Part shown: positions 1 through 9,568 of the stretch, one piece after another
How positions within the stretch are numbered: position 1 is the stretch's first letter
Layout of the letters: every line of letters begins with the position of its first letter
Virus record (IMG/VR): IMGVR_UViG_3300029922_000014
Coordinates: 64,001-128,000 of that record
Reading direction: 5' to 3' (one strand)
Source of the DNA: a virus
DNA: 64,000 nt
Position numbers and translations under genes: made by a program
The notes under the pieces: generated by a model
The model's input: only the letters and a program-made list of their open reading frames with translations
Told to the model about the DNA's origin: nothing
Databases searched by the model: none

Positions 1-461
1 TGCCAGATCACCCATGGTAAAATTACCCTGAGTTATTTTTGCCTTTGGTACGAACTGCGTGAGCCAGCGCACATCGGACACCGTGAAGGTGACCAGATTG
101 CGCGCGCCCCACATTCGCTTCCATCGGTTCATGGTAGAGATGCCCTGAAGTGGGCTCAACCTATGCGCCGCACACAGGTGGTCCAGTGCCGCCCTGCTCT
201 GGCCGGGTGTAGCTGTCAAGTGGGGGTGACACAGTATATGACACAGTTGACAAAGCGGATTGACGGCGCGCAGCATCTGCACGTGTCCCTCGTAGTCCCA
301 GGATGCATGCAGATGAAGCGGCCCATTGATCTTCTGCTGGCACCCATGACAGGTTCTGTTTGCCTTCGATGTGATGCGATCCGTCAGTCGCCGGTGTTGT
401 TGCTGGTCAACCAGCGATTCGATGTCACCTGAATGTGCAGTCAGCGGCAGATACCTGACAA

Positions 462-830
462 TCAGCACAGACGCCTCTCAGAGGCGCGTACAGCGGCTTT
501 CGTTACCGTAAAGACCCAGGGCCTGCTGTCGGATCCCAAGCGATATCCGTAGGCCTTCATGAAGGCTGATCCGGTATCGGTACCGGTTCGGGAAATGATC
601 GAACGGACGTCGCCAGACGTCACCAGCGTATCATTGATCACGGTGCGCAGTCCACACCGACGGCGGGCTTCCATGGTATGACTGGACAGAATCTCGATCA
701 CCCCCGGAATAGATGACCAGCGCGCGTACACCACGCAGGCAGGACACGGCAGATCCTCGACACTGGCTTCGTAGACGAAAACGCCAGGGACGGTGCTGAA
801 GCGTCGGGCGACGGTGGGCTTGATTGACAT
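462..830 (-). CDS. Small protein, possibly GNAT-fold acetyltransferase
   Basis: RRRCGL resembles GNAT motif A and is followed by G.AFMKAYGY; ATG lies inside the Box A copy at 825-837. Confidence 0.4.
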   Translation of the reverse strand: MSIKPTVARRFSTVPGVFVYEASVEDLPCPACVVYARWSSIPGVIEILSSHTMEARRRCGLRTVINDTLVTSGDVRSIISRTGTDTGSAFMKAYGYRLGSDSRPWVFTVTKAAVRASERRLC

Positions 831-837
831 CGTGTCA
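825..837. promoter_or_regulatory. Box A palindrome (TGACATCGTGTCA)
   Basis: Exact copy; contains the stop of 835..1305 and the ATG of 462..830. Confidence 0.85.
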
Positions 838-1305
838 GTTCAGAGACGGTTCAAGCTGAATGGATCCACCAGTGAACTCGCACGCCTTTTCGGATGGTGC
901 AAAACCCGGTTGCGCGATGAACCCATGCGCCCAATGGCTGCGCTGAATGTGATTCAGCACTTGTTGCACGATCACCGGAACCACTTCCGGGTCGACGCCC
1001 ATGGTGCGCAAGCGCTCTGCGAGAAATTGCAAATGGGTACCGAACATACCCCATGAGGTCATCACAGACGCCGCAGGGGTGTCGATAATCCCCACGCTGC
1101 ACACGCCGGAAACTGGCGACAGTCGCGTCAGGATAAAATATCCACGACAGCCATCAGCGCGGGCGTGCGCATCCGCGGCGCGTGCGCGTTGGTAGTGGGC
1201 AAGAATGCTCACAATCAGTACTTCCTCTGACTCTTCCGCAATGCGCGAAGAACGAAGTTCTTTCTCTTTCTCCACGGGATGAAGACGTCGTTCCGTGGCC
1301 TCCAA
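835..1305 (-). CDS. Hypothetical protein (start uncertain)
   Basis: ORF in the dominant orientation; stop lies in Box A. Confidence 0.5.
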   Translation of the reverse strand: MEATERRLHPVEKEKELRSSRIAEESEEVLIVSILAHYQRARAADAHARADGCRGYFILTRLSPVSGVCSVGIIDTPAASVMTSWGMFGTHLQFLAERLRTMGVDPEVVPVIVQQVLNHIQRSHWAHGFIAQPGFAPSEKACEFTGGSIQLEPSLN

Positions 1306-1374
1306 CCCTCAAGCGGCAAACGCGCCGGTTTATCAATACCAAAGAGGCGAAAGAATGCGTCGCGCCAGTTCATA

Positions 1375-1668
1375 TCAGCGCTTGTCTTCGCGCAGTTCGC
1401 GATTCCAGGAAAACTCCGAACGCGGAATGAACGGTTCGGCCAAGTCACGCTCCCACACCGTGATCACATCACCGTCTTCGTTCACCACACGGTATCCCGG
1501 GCATACACCCGTGCTCGTCGTGACCACGCACGGGCGAATGATACCGACCTGCTTCCCCTTGTAGTGGGCGATGGTGCCTTCGCCGGTGACGGAGTTCTTC
1601 GCCGCATCGGTGATCATAGCCGGGTTGAACCGGAACTTCATGGGGGCGGGTGCGGTGGCGGTCGGCAT
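1375..1668 (-). CDS. Hypothetical protein
   Basis: GAGAG upstream of ATG; packs tightly with neighbours. Confidence 0.6.
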   Translation of the reverse strand: MPTATAPAPMKFRFNPAMITDAAKNSVTGEGTIAHYKGKQVGIIRPCVVTTSTGVCPGYRVVNEDGDVITVWERDLAEPFIPRSEFSWNRELREDKR

Positions 1669-1676
1669 GGCGTCTC

Positions 1677-2096
1677 TCAGAAAGAGGAGTTGGACGGGGT
1701 CGAGAACCCCGAGGTGTAGTAGAATCCCTGGTGTTTCGGGCGAGGCGGAGGTTGTGGCGTACGCTGGCGCTTCAGGCGATCCTGTCGCGCCTGCTCGTAC
1801 AGGTCCAGCTTCTTTCCGAATGCGCGTTTGGTCGCCAGTTCAGCTTCGGAGGGAAGCGGCCACAGATATTCAATGTCGGGTTTCGCTTGCATCGACCGCA
1901 GCGGAAAGTGAGTGCCGCAACCGGCGCAGTGGAACATAGCAGGAATCAGTGTGGTTGCGTTGACGCGCAGGTTGAACTTGACGCAACCACACGTGCAGAT
2001 CACTGGAACCTGTGACACCTGCCGGACGCCAGCGGCGCTGATGAAAAAGTCGAGTTCAGCGCCGTTGACACTCGCGCGGTAGTGGGATTCAGCCAT
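1677..2096 (-). CDS. Hypothetical zinc-ribbon protein
   Basis: CxC and CxxC pairs (CTCGC...CAGCG). Confidence 0.55.
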   Translation of the reverse strand: MAESHYRASVNGAELDFFISAAGVRQVSQVPVICTCGCVKFNLRVNATTLIPAMFHCAGCGTHFPLRSMQAKPDIEYLWPLPSEAELATKRAFGKKLDLYEQARQDRLKRQRTPQPPPRPKHQGFYYTSGFSTPSNSSF

Positions 2097-2147
2097 GGAC
2101 GACTCACAGACAAAAGCCGCGCGTTGGGCGTCGCGCTCAAACGCATA

Positions 2148-2465
2148 TCACCAAGCGTTCGATCCGCGCGAGAAAGCGCGGATGCGATCGAGCCGGCCGG
2201 GTCTGACGTAGGGCTGTTCTTTGTCGACGGCAACGGTCGCGGTCGATTCGATCACCTGCGGGAACAGCTTGATCGCCTTGGGCGCTTCGATCCGGTTCTG
2301 CGCGTAGACCGTCGCGAAAAAGGGAACGGTCGGCTTTTCCTTGTGCCCCTTCCGCACTTTCGGACCGGGCAGGTGACCGCTGACTATGCAGCGCACGCGG
2401 TTCTGGGTGGTGGGGTGCATGGTCACGACGTGTGACGGACGCTTGGGCTGGGTTTCAGGGGGCAT
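2148..2465 (-). CDS. Hypothetical basic protein, probably leaderless
   Basis: ATG 7 nt after the predicted -10 TATGCT. Confidence 0.5.
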   Translation of the reverse strand: MPPETQPKRPSHVVTMHPTTQNRVRCIVSGHLPGPKVRKGHKEKPTVPFFATVYAQNRIEAPKAIKLFPQVIESTATVAVDKEQPYVRPGRLDRIRAFSRGSNAW

Positions 2466-2472
2466 GTTGGCG

Positions 2473-2520
2473 AGCATAAGGTCAAGTCCGTACTGTCAAC
2501 AAGATTGCCGCGTGACGCGG
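2473..2520 (-). promoter_or_regulatory. Promoter TTGACA-N15-TATGCT with upstream Box B (CCGCGTGACGCGG, 2508-2520)
   Basis: Read directly; same geometry as 15 other promoters in the window. Confidence 0.7.
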
Positions 2521-2545
2521 AAAACACCGAATAACACGACGTCAA

Positions 2546-3199
2546 TCAGGGGCGACGTGGAATGTCAGAAAACGCGCGGCCTTCGATGTCTTCGGACAGG
2601 TAGCCGGGTGGTGTTCCATTCACTCCGACCCATCCGTGGTATTCGTTTCGTCCGTTCTCCCAGCCCATCGCAATCGACGGCGTGACGGTGAGAGCTTCAA
2701 TGGGGCCACTACGGGTCCAGCCTCCGCCGTTTGAAGACCCACCGTCGATATGCCAGTCGTGATGGCGCTTTCCAGGCGGGCAGCGAAGGATCAGCGGCCA
2801 CATCGGCTGGCCGCGGTTGTGGGGACAGTTGGTTTCATCCAGCCACCACGCCTGCCAGCAGGCACCGACCGGCGCGTCATAATCGCTGAACACACTGCCG
2901 TCGGCGGCTTCCATCAGATGCTCTTCGTGAATGTCCCACTGGTCGCTGTCCGTGAACTCATACCCGCACTGGCAGGTCTTTGGCCAGCGGACATCTTCGT
3001 TCGGGTAGTCGTTCTTGTCGATACCAACGCAATACCCATGCTCATTGAAGTTGCCGTGAGCGCGCGGTTCAACCACGAACGCCACGTCATGGTATCCCGT
3101 CGGGCTGGTCGGACAGGTGGACGTGGCTCTGAACGCATACCGGCGCAGCGAGATGCGGACGGATTCAGTGCGCTTGAGCGGGAGGAGTTTCCAAGGCAT
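2546..3199 (-). CDS. Cys/His-rich hypothetical protein with DUF6527-like C-terminus
   Basis: C-terminal WT..G..E.LTVTPSI...YHGWV pattern. Confidence 0.5.
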   Translation of the reverse strand: MPWKLLPLKRTESVRISLRRYAFRATSTCPTSPTGYHDVAFVVEPRAHGNFNEHGYCVGIDKNDYPNEDVRWPKTCQCGYEFTDSDQWDIHEEHLMEAADGSVFSDYDAPVGACWQAWWLDETNCPHNRGQPMWPLILRCPPGKRHHDWHIDGGSSNGGGWTRSGPIEALTVTPSIAMGWENGRNEYHGWVGVNGTPPGYLSEDIEGRAFSDIPRRP

Positions 3200-3830
3200 G
3201 GGGGTCTCCAGCCTGTATTGCAGCAACTGGTGACTGACCGGCAATGGTGATCGCACGATCCTTGCAGAACTCATCGAAGCGCTTACGCGCATTCTCTGCA
3301 TTGCCACAAGCATACGACGACACGCTGCCGGCTGCCCAAAGGTCACAGCGGATGGTGCTGCCTTCGACTTCCACATGAAAGTGGTGACACCGATCATCGA
3401 CATCGTGCACCGCAAAGGTCATGCGCACGATGGCTGGATGAATGAACTTCGCGGTGTAGTCGACCTTGCACGCGATGCCCGAGAAAAGCTGTATCGTTTT
3501 GGTGAGATACACGGTCATCATCTGCGACTCGAACAGGTCCTTCCGCAACTTCTCGGTCTCTGCGCCGTACCGTGCGGAAAGCGCTTGCAGCGTTTCGCCT
3601 GCGGTGACCGGATTGCGTAGGGGCAGAAGCGAAGCGAGTTCATCGAAAGATTCCGCCGCGATGTGCGCTTCGCCACATTTCGTGCAGATCATCACATCGT
3701 CGGTCGTCGCCTGCACGACCAGACTTGCGACGGCGTCCACTGGGATCACCACCGGAAGCGGCTTCGGATACTTTCGCGCCTGCCCTGCAATAAATGCGCC
3801 AGTAGCAGTGAATCGGATGAACTCGGTCAT
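3165..3830 (-). CDS. Hypothetical protein
   Basis: GAGG upstream of ATG (MTEFIRF). Confidence 0.55.
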   Translation of the reverse strand: MTEFIRFTATGAFIAGQARKYPKPLPVVIPVDAVASLVVQATTDDVMICTKCGEAHIAAESFDELASLLPLRNPVTAGETLQALSARYGAETEKLRKDLFESQMMTVYLTKTIQLFSGIACKVDYTAKFIHPAIVRMTFAVHDVDDRCHHFHVEVEGSTIRCDLWAAGSVSSYACGNAENARKRFDEFCKDRAITIAGQSPVAAIQAGDPHALETPPAQAH

Positions 3831-3837
3831 GGCTGCC

Positions 3838-4317
3838 TCAGATGGGATAAAGCGGGCGTGGAAGGAACTTCGCAACAGCGTTCCATTCGGGATCGTTCAA
3901 CGTGTTGATGATCCCGTGAATAAGCGTCAGCTTGCTGGGACTGGCTTTGAAGTCACGCAAACGTCCATCATCCAGCGCCTTTGCAGTGAGAATCGCCTTC
4001 GGGTCGCCCAGGCTCAAGATGAGCATGCGCTTGAGATTCTGCACCGTGGTCAATCCAGGCGCCTTCTGCTCGACGGCTCCGGTGGCAGGATCACGCCAAT
4101 CCGCCGGAACCGTAGCGGTGTCTTTGAACCGGTCATTGAAGGCTGCGATCTTCGGATCGACTTCCTCCCAGATGACCCTGCCGTCAACGGTCTTGGCACG
4201 CTGCACCAGCCGCTTCGATTCGGTACCGTCAGGCATCTTGATCGTGGCCCAGCCATACACCTCATCGACCACCTGCCCAACGATGGTCTCGGCTGCGGGA
4301 TTGCGCGTCATGTTCAA
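3838..4317 (-). CDS. Hypothetical protein
   Basis: ORF coupled to the upstream gene. Confidence 0.55.
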   Translation of the reverse strand: MNMTRNPAAETIVGQVVDEVYGWATIKMPDGTESKRLVQRAKTVDGRVIWEEVDPKIAAFNDRFKDTATVPADWRDPATGAVEQKAPGLTTVQNLKRMLILSLGDPKAILTAKALDDGRLRDFKASPSKLTLIHGIINTLNDPEWNAVAKFLPRPLYPI

Positions 4318-4583
4318 ACCGGCTGGAGATGGCGATTGGTCGGGCTGTGGGATTTGCGCTGGTCGTGCTGCGCCCGGTAGTGGGCACGATACACGTCGCT
4401 TTCTTTGTCGCTCTGACGGGTGATGTCGCCGCCGCGGGACAGGAACAGCAGCGCATCGCCATTGGCGCCACGATTCTCCGCGCGTTTGGCTTCACCGGGC
4501 GGAAGCGGCGAACCGTCAGGCGCAGTGACGGAGGCGGCGAGGGTGGCCAGGAAGGCGGCCATGTGGCGAGGGTTGAGAGCCAT
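4314..4583 (-). CDS. Hypothetical protein
   Basis: ORF in operon. Confidence 0.5.
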   Translation of the reverse strand: MALNPRHMAAFLATLAASVTAPDGSPLPPGEAKRAENRGANGDALLFLSRGGDITRQSDKESDVYRAHYRAQHDQRKSHSPTNRHLQPV

Positions 4584-4598
4584 GTAGTAGTCTTTCGG

Positions 4599-5060
4599 TC
4601 AGGGCTTCTGGATGCGGCGGGGGCCGGGTTTGACGATGGTGTTGGATGCCAGGGCAGAGAGGCGTTTCCCGACCGCGCCGAGTCCGTTGGCGATCTCGGT
4701 CAGGGCGTTGCCGTAAACGATCGGCAAGAGGCTTGCAGCAGCCTCCCTGGCGGCCCAGGGGGCATAGAGGATGACGTCGAGGTCGAACTGACGGATCCAC
4801 CCCTTGCAATGGTTGAACAGTAGTCCTTCGACGGGATGCGGGGTGCCGTCTTCACGCCGCACATCGAACTGCATCGCACGACGGGCGACGACCACGAGCT
4901 TCACAGGCGGAACCAGGACGATCTCTTCTTCACCCGGGTCGCGCGTGGGACCGTTGATGACGAGCTTGCATTCCGCGATCTCGTACCCGTTCAGCGCCCC
5001 CGTCGGAATCTCGAAGTTGGGGGAGCGGGGGCCGATCTCGTATGGGAGTGTCCAGGGCAT
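4599..5060 (-). CDS. Hypothetical protein, predicted leaderless
   Basis: ATG 7 nt after -10 TATTCT; high GC3 codon usage. Confidence 0.65.
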   Translation of the reverse strand: MPWTLPYEIGPRSPNFEIPTGALNGYEIAECKLVINGPTRDPGEEEIVLVPPVKLVVVARRAMQFDVRREDGTPHPVEGLLFNHCKGWIRQFDLDVILYAPWAAREAAASLLPIVYGNALTEIANGLGAVGKRLSALASNTIVKPGPRRIQKP

Positions 5061-5067
5061 GGCGGGG

Positions 5068-5118
5068 AGAATATGGGCCGAACCGAAGTGTCAAGAATCG
5101 ACTTTACGCGTTATGCGC
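5068..5118 (-). promoter_or_regulatory. Promoter TTGACA-N15-TATTCT with Box B (5106-5118)
   Basis: Read directly from sequence. Confidence 0.7.
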
Positions 5119-5751
5119 AAATTGGCGCATCCGCTGAGGAAGTGGCAAAATGCTGTACACGGGAGCGGATAGCGCGCGTGCCCGTTCCGTATTTCCAGCC
5201 AGTTCCTTCAGTAGGCGATACGAAAGCCGGCGACCGGGCATAGGCTGTGCCGCACGTCCATCCGACCGGGCGGCACGGTAATTCATGATCTGCGCAGGGA
5301 TGGACTGGCACGCTTGTTCCAACTGATCAAAAGGAACCACCAAAATCTCTTCGACGTTTCGCGCCAGTTCATCGCGGAGAACATGCAGGCTGTGACACTT
5401 CGCCGCTTCGACATTGTGGATCCAGAAGACGTAGTGCAGCGTGCCTTTGGTATAATTCACGAGGTCGCGGTCGTGGGCGAGACGATTGGAATAGATCAAA
5501 CTTTGCCGACTTAGTCCAACCGATTTCACTTCGAGATACTGGCCTTTTCCGAGGCTCAAGTCAGGGCAGATGTCCGCAGTGCTGTCAATGACGTGGCGGT
5601 CGGCTTGAAAGAGGTTGCAGGTCGCCTCCTCGTAAAACGCACCGCAATGCACGCGCGTCTGCGCCATACAGCGGAATGTGCGATCGTAGTATTCGCGCGG
5701 GAGAAATGATTGCTGGACATCTTTCGGTGGGAGGATCGCAGATATTTTCAC
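5104..5751 (-). CDS. PD-(D/E)xK nuclease-like protein
   Basis: E...PDL......YLEVKS catalytic pattern. Confidence 0.55.
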   Translation of the reverse strand: MKISAILPPKDVQQSFLPREYYDRTFRCMAQTRVHCGAFYEEATCNLFQADRHVIDSTADICPDLSLGKGQYLEVKSVGLSRQSLIYSNRLAHDRDLVNYTKGTLHYVFWIHNVEAAKCHSLHVLRDELARNVEEILVVPFDQLEQACQSIPAQIMNYRAARSDGRAAQPMPGRRLSYRLLKELAGNTERARALSAPVYSILPLPQRMRQFAHNA

Positions 5752-6143
5752 GCGTGCACCGTTGCCAAGGAGTCTGCGGTCTCATCTTCTTTCCAAAGCA
5801 TACGCGCCTCTTCGAGCAGTTCAGCGGCAAATGTCGAAGCAGAAGAATCGCCGCGGCTGAGTTTATCCAAACACTCCTGAATCCGCTTCCGGCTGACCTT
5901 GGTGTCAAAACTCTGCTTGTGTGGGCTCTGTTTGGCAGTGGAGCGATAGCGAGAACAGAGCTTCTGGTACCAATCAGGATTTTGCGAATTGACCACGCGG
6001 ATGCCGCAAGGTCCGCGTTCACGCGGAGCGGTGGCAACCACAACTTCCAACCGATTCCTCCGCAAATCATCTGCGAGGAGTTTGACGTACCGGCGCAGGG
6101 CAGGCGGACAGGTAGTCGTCGGTGTCACAGGCCGCGGATCCAC
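5748..6143 (-). CDS. Hypothetical protein
   Basis: Stop overlaps the next gene's start. Confidence 0.5.
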   Translation of the reverse strand: MDPRPVTPTTTCPPALRRYVKLLADDLRRNRLEVVVATAPRERGPCGIRVVNSQNPDWYQKLCSRYRSTAKQSPHKQSFDTKVSRKRIQECLDKLSRGDSSASTFAAELLEEARMLWKEDETADSLATVHA

Positions 6144-6350
6144 AACCCGATGGCGTCAAGTTCATCAACGAGGTCAGATGCCCAGCGAGTGAACTTCGGT
6201 TCGTCGAGCATCCCTGTCACGGCGCCGAGAATGACGAAGAACGGGATGATCGGGATGAGGAAGATCCAGTAAGCGACGCGGCGAAGAATGCGCATATGGT
6301 CCTCCGCGAAAAACATCGCGTCATGCAAGATTATGTCAAGCGCATTGAAT

Positions 6351-6363
6351 TGACACGATGTCA
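6351..6363. promoter_or_regulatory. Box A palindrome (TGACACGATGTCA)
   Basis: Exact copy next to the stop at 6365; Box B-like 6316-6328 nearby. Confidence 0.85.
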
Positions 6364-6364
6364 A

Positions 6365-6673
6365 TCAGGCAAAGTCACACGGGTCTTTGATCCGTAGGTG
6401 GTCGCAGGCGCGCTTGGCCACCTCGTATTCCGGCGTCTCTTGAATCTCTTCCCGCGCCAGATCCTTCGGGAAATGTTTGATGATCATCAAAATCGCGGCG
6501 TACAGCATCTCTTCGGCGGATTCACATCGCTTCGCCGCGTCGATGATACGTTGCTGTTTGTCGGAAACGTGCGACTCCAACGCGGACGTGTCCGAGTCGT
6601 GCGGCGGGGTGGGGGGTGACATTGGTGGCTTCCCCTTCTTGATGTGCTTGACGTTTTTCGTGCGTGGACGCAT
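6365..6673 (-). CDS. Hypothetical protein
   Basis: GGAGG upstream of ATG. Confidence 0.5.
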   Translation of the reverse strand: MRPRTKNVKHIKKGKPPMSPPTPPHDSDTSALESHVSDKQQRIIDAAKRCESAEEMLYAAILMIIKHFPKDLAREEIQETPEYEVAKRACDHLRIKDPCDFA

Positions 6674-6830
6674 GGCTGCCTCCGACATCCAAAACGTAGT
6701 TGATGAATCGGGAGTGTGAAGCGACGCAGACGAAAGGTTCAAGCACCAATCACCAAAACACCCTGGTCGTTTGTCAATAGCGTACGTAGCATGCAGGAAC
6801 TCGAACAAACCGCACACGCAGGAGATTCCC

Positions 6831-8144
6831 ATGGCCGACCGCGCTAACGATCAGACCTTGAAGGATACGATTCGAGTGTACGAAAAATGTGGCTGCAATG
6901 CCAGCGCGGCTTCGCAAAAACTGAACCTTGCGGTATCCGCCGTGCAGAAGCGAATCAACACCGCCATACGTCGCGGGCTGTACGTCAAAGAGATAAGGCC
7001 CAAATGGTCGGCCGAAGATATTGCCGATGCCAAGGAACTGATCGAAGTTTGGAAAGCGCACCACCACCGTGACACCGCAACCGCGCAAGCGATGCACATG
7101 GATCGTAGCACCTTCCGCGGACGTCGCGACAAGGCGCTCAGGATCCTCGGATTGGAAAAGGCGGCGCTGGTTCCTTCCGTAGTGCCTGAAGGCATGCGCA
7201 TGGGCAAGACGACCGTGCAGCTTGGACCTGACGGTACGGTGCTCCAGGAATGGCGCCGGTTGCATCCGGAGATTGAAACCCTTCAAGCGGTGGCTGATGC
7301 CCTCGTGAAGATCGTAGATGGCAAGAGTCCAAAACTTCCCAGGCCCATCAATGAACCGACAACCGATCTTCTTCTTGAGATTCCGTTCTTCGATTCGCAC
7401 GCTGGCAAATACGCCTGGGCTTCCGAGACCGGAGGAGACGACTTCGATCTCAAAATATTCGAGAAGCTGATGACGGGTACGGTTGCCAACATGATCGCGG
7501 AAGCGGGTGAGTTCGGAAAAGCCCTGTTGGTGATCGGTGGAGACTTTTTCCACGCTGATTCGCGCGTTGCACAAACGCCTCAAAGCCACCATGCGCTTGA
7601 TGTCGATTCCAGGTTTTTCAAGGTTTGGGAGGTTGCCACAAGATCCCTCCACACGTGCATCGCCATGCTCTCTGCAAAGTGCGCCAAAGTGCAGGTAGTA
7701 ACGTTGCCGGGAAACCACGACCACGAAAGCGCATTTGCGCTCATGCGGGTCCTTTCGGCGTACTATCACAATGAACCGCAAGTCGAGGTCGTGCACAATC
7801 CGAGAACCAGACAATACATCCGCCACGGAACCTGCCTCCTCGGATTTATCCACGGTGAAATTATCAAGATGAAGGACTTGCCGTCGCTCATGGCATTCGA
7901 GAACAAAAAGGATTGGGCAGAAACCACGGAGCGCGCTTGGCACATGGGGCATGTGCACAAGATGGTTATCGGTGACACGCTCCACGGGGTGACCATGGAG
8001 CACTTGGAATCGTTCACGTCAACGGATGCGTGGCATGCAGAGCACGGCTATGTCGGCAGCCCCAGGCGCACCACCGGGTTCCTCTGGAGCGCCAAGTGGG
8101 GTCTCAAGAAGCGGATCTATGTGCGCGTTGAAGAGTTCGTCTGA
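6831..8144 (+). CDS. HTH-fused calcineurin-like metallophosphoesterase
   Basis: DSH, GGDFFH, PGNHD, HG and GHVH motifs; two N-terminal HTH-like segments; GGAG SD; only clear plus-strand gene. Confidence 0.85.
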   Translation: MADRANDQTLKDTIRVYEKCGCNASAASQKLNLAVSAVQKRINTAIRRGLYVKEIRPKWSAEDIADAKELIEVWKAHHHRDTATAQAMHMDRSTFRGRRDKALRILGLEKAALVPSVVPEGMRMGKTTVQLGPDGTVLQEWRRLHPEIETLQAVADALVKIVDGKSPKLPRPINEPTTDLLLEIPFFDSHAGKYAWASETGGDDFDLKIFEKLMTGTVANMIAEAGEFGKALLVIGGDFFHADSRVAQTPQSHHALDVDSRFFKVWEVATRSLHTCIAMLSAKCAKVQVVTLPGNHDHESAFALMRVLSAYYHNEPQVEVVHNPRTRQYIRHGTCLLGFIHGEIIKMKDLPSLMAFENKKDWAETTERAWHMGHVHKMVIGDTLHGVTMEHLESFTSTDAWHAEHGYVGSPRRTTGFLWSAKWGLKKRIYVRVEEFV

Positions 8145-8149
8145 GGTAG

Positions 8150-8548
8150 TCAGGCCGCGTTCACGTGCGCGCGGGTGTCGGTCAGCTTGTACAGCGCTTT
8201 GCAGCCGGTACAGGTGGCCAGTCCTTCGGCGCCGACGGTGAAGGTAGTGCTGTCACAACTTGGAGCAGGACAGGAGAGCGGATTGCGGGAACGGATCGCC
8301 GTTCCTTTGACGCAGACGGGATACGCCCGGCCGCCGACGGTGAGGAGATGGGTCGTTTGCATGGTAACGTCCTTGCGGGTCGCATTGGTTATTTCAGCCA
8401 GTTCATAGGCGAGTTTGGCGTCGCTGAGTTTGATCATGGCGGGGTGGTGACGGTCAACGGTGCCGGCGTGGCTGGCAATGGCACCAACGGCGCGGGCAGC
8501 CTCGAAGAGGTCGCTGGCGAGCTTGCGGATGGTGGCTTCGTCGATCAT
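8150..8548 (-). CDS. Hypothetical protein with C-terminal zinc ribbon
   Basis: CPAPSC...CTGC. Confidence 0.55.
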   Translation of the reverse strand: MIDEATIRKLASDLFEAARAVGAIASHAGTVDRHHPAMIKLSDAKLAYELAEITNATRKDVTMQTTHLLTVGGRAYPVCVKGTAIRSRNPLSCPAPSCDSTTFTVGAEGLATCTGCKALYKLTDTRAHVNAA

Positions 8549-9003
8549 TTCAATCTCTTACGCAGGCTGATGGACGCGGATTGGACGATCTCGGATTCAA
8601 CATCGCCTGCCATAGACCCGCCGGGATCGCGGTTGTAGTTGATCGTGAATCCGAGCGCTTGAACACGCTTCCAGGCATCTGCCAAAATGGCACGGGCGGT
8701 GATCTCCGGAGACGTGAAGTCGTAAATAAGCGCAACGCTCGCGTCGGCATTCATGAGGTGCCAGCGGTTTCCGTTATTGTCAGATTCCACGACATACCCC
8801 TTGAACGTCGCGTAACTTGGTTCTTTGCCGCCTTCCCGAAGGAGTGAGTACCCGTTGGACGTAACGCAGTCAACGGAGGCAGGAGCACGGAGACGTGGGA
8901 ACTTATCACTCAGCGCGTCGACGCGAATCAGACGCTCATTCTTCGCCTTGGCTTCTTCCAGGCGACGGCGGAAGGCTGCGATGGTGGAACGGATCATGGT
9001 CAT
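8545..9003 (-). CDS. Hypothetical protein with YNRDPGGSM domain
   Basis: ATGA-coupled to neighbours; C-terminal domain shared with 17544..19661. Confidence 0.6.
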   Translation of the reverse strand: MTMIRSTIAAFRRRLEEAKAKNERLIRVDALSDKFPRLRAPASVDCVTSNGYSLLREGGKEPSYATFKGYVVESDNNGNRWHLMNADASVALIYDFTSPEITARAILADAWKRVQALGFTINYNRDPGGSMAGDVESEIVQSASISLRKRLK

Positions 9004-9209
9004 AAGATGAGCCCGGCGCTGGCCGCGTAGCGGGTGAGCCCGGCGGTGTTGTGCAGGTCGAGCTTCTGCATCAGGTGTTCGCGGTGCTTTTCCACCGTCT
9101 TGACGCTCATGCCAAACATCTCTGCGATCTCTTGCTTGGTCGCACCGTCGGCGGTCATGATCAAGACTTGGCGCTCGCGTTTGGTCAGGTAAGGGCGGGT
9201 CGTGGGCAT
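9000..9209 (-). CDS. Stand-alone LuxR/GerE-type HTH regulator
   Basis: LTKRERQVL..ADG.T..EIA......KTVEKHREHLMQKL; leaderless start. Confidence 0.9.
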   Translation of the reverse strand: MPTTRPYLTKRERQVLIMTADGATKQEIAEMFGMSVKTVEKHREHLMQKLDLHNTAGLTRYAASAGLIL

Positions 9210-9216
9210 GGCCTTC

Positions 9217-9264
9217 GTTATGCACCCCGGAAGAGGCATGCAAGCGGTTTTTCGCATGACGCGG
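9217..9264 (-). promoter_or_regulatory. Promoter TTGCAT-N15-CATAAC with Box B (9252-9264)
   Basis: ATG of the LuxR-type gene lies 7 nt downstream. Confidence 0.6.
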
Positions 9265-9294
9265 TAAACAGCGCAACACCCACAACATGCCAAC

Positions 9295-9307
9295 TGACAC
9301 GATGTCA
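9295..9307. promoter_or_regulatory. Box A palindrome
   Basis: Exact TGACACGATGTCA, intergenic. Confidence 0.85.
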
Positions 9308-9312
9308 ATCGA

Positions 9313-9564
9313 CTACGTGATCCTGAACTCGGGCGGGATCTCCCGCATTGATGAGCAAATGGACTGGTTGCAGTGGTGAACGAGGCAGCGCCGACAGAAC
9401 GCCGCGCCGCAGTCAAAGCAGCGGTACATCATCGTCAGCGGGATCGTCTGTCGGCATCCAACGGCCGGACCGCCCCATGACGCTGGAAGAGGCGTGCCGC
9501 ATTCAAACGACTGCCCCTCGGGTCCGGGGATGACATGAACAGAACAATCGCGGATGTCGGGCAT
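9313..9564 (-). CDS. Small Cys-rich zinc-finger protein
   Basis: CFDCGAAFCRRCLVHHC. Confidence 0.5.
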   Translation of the reverse strand: MPDIRDCSVHVIPGPEGQSFECGTPLPASWGGPAVGCRQTIPLTMMYRCFDCGAAFCRRCLVHHCNQSICSSMREIPPEFRIT

Positions 9565-9568
9565 GTAG

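Noticed and set aside
825-837. Box A as E. coli matS (GTGACRNYGTCAC) or an FNR/CRP box
   Set aside because: Half-site spacing differs (TGAC-N5-GTCA here versus TGAC-N3-GTCA in matS), and the arms and spacing do not match FNR or CRP
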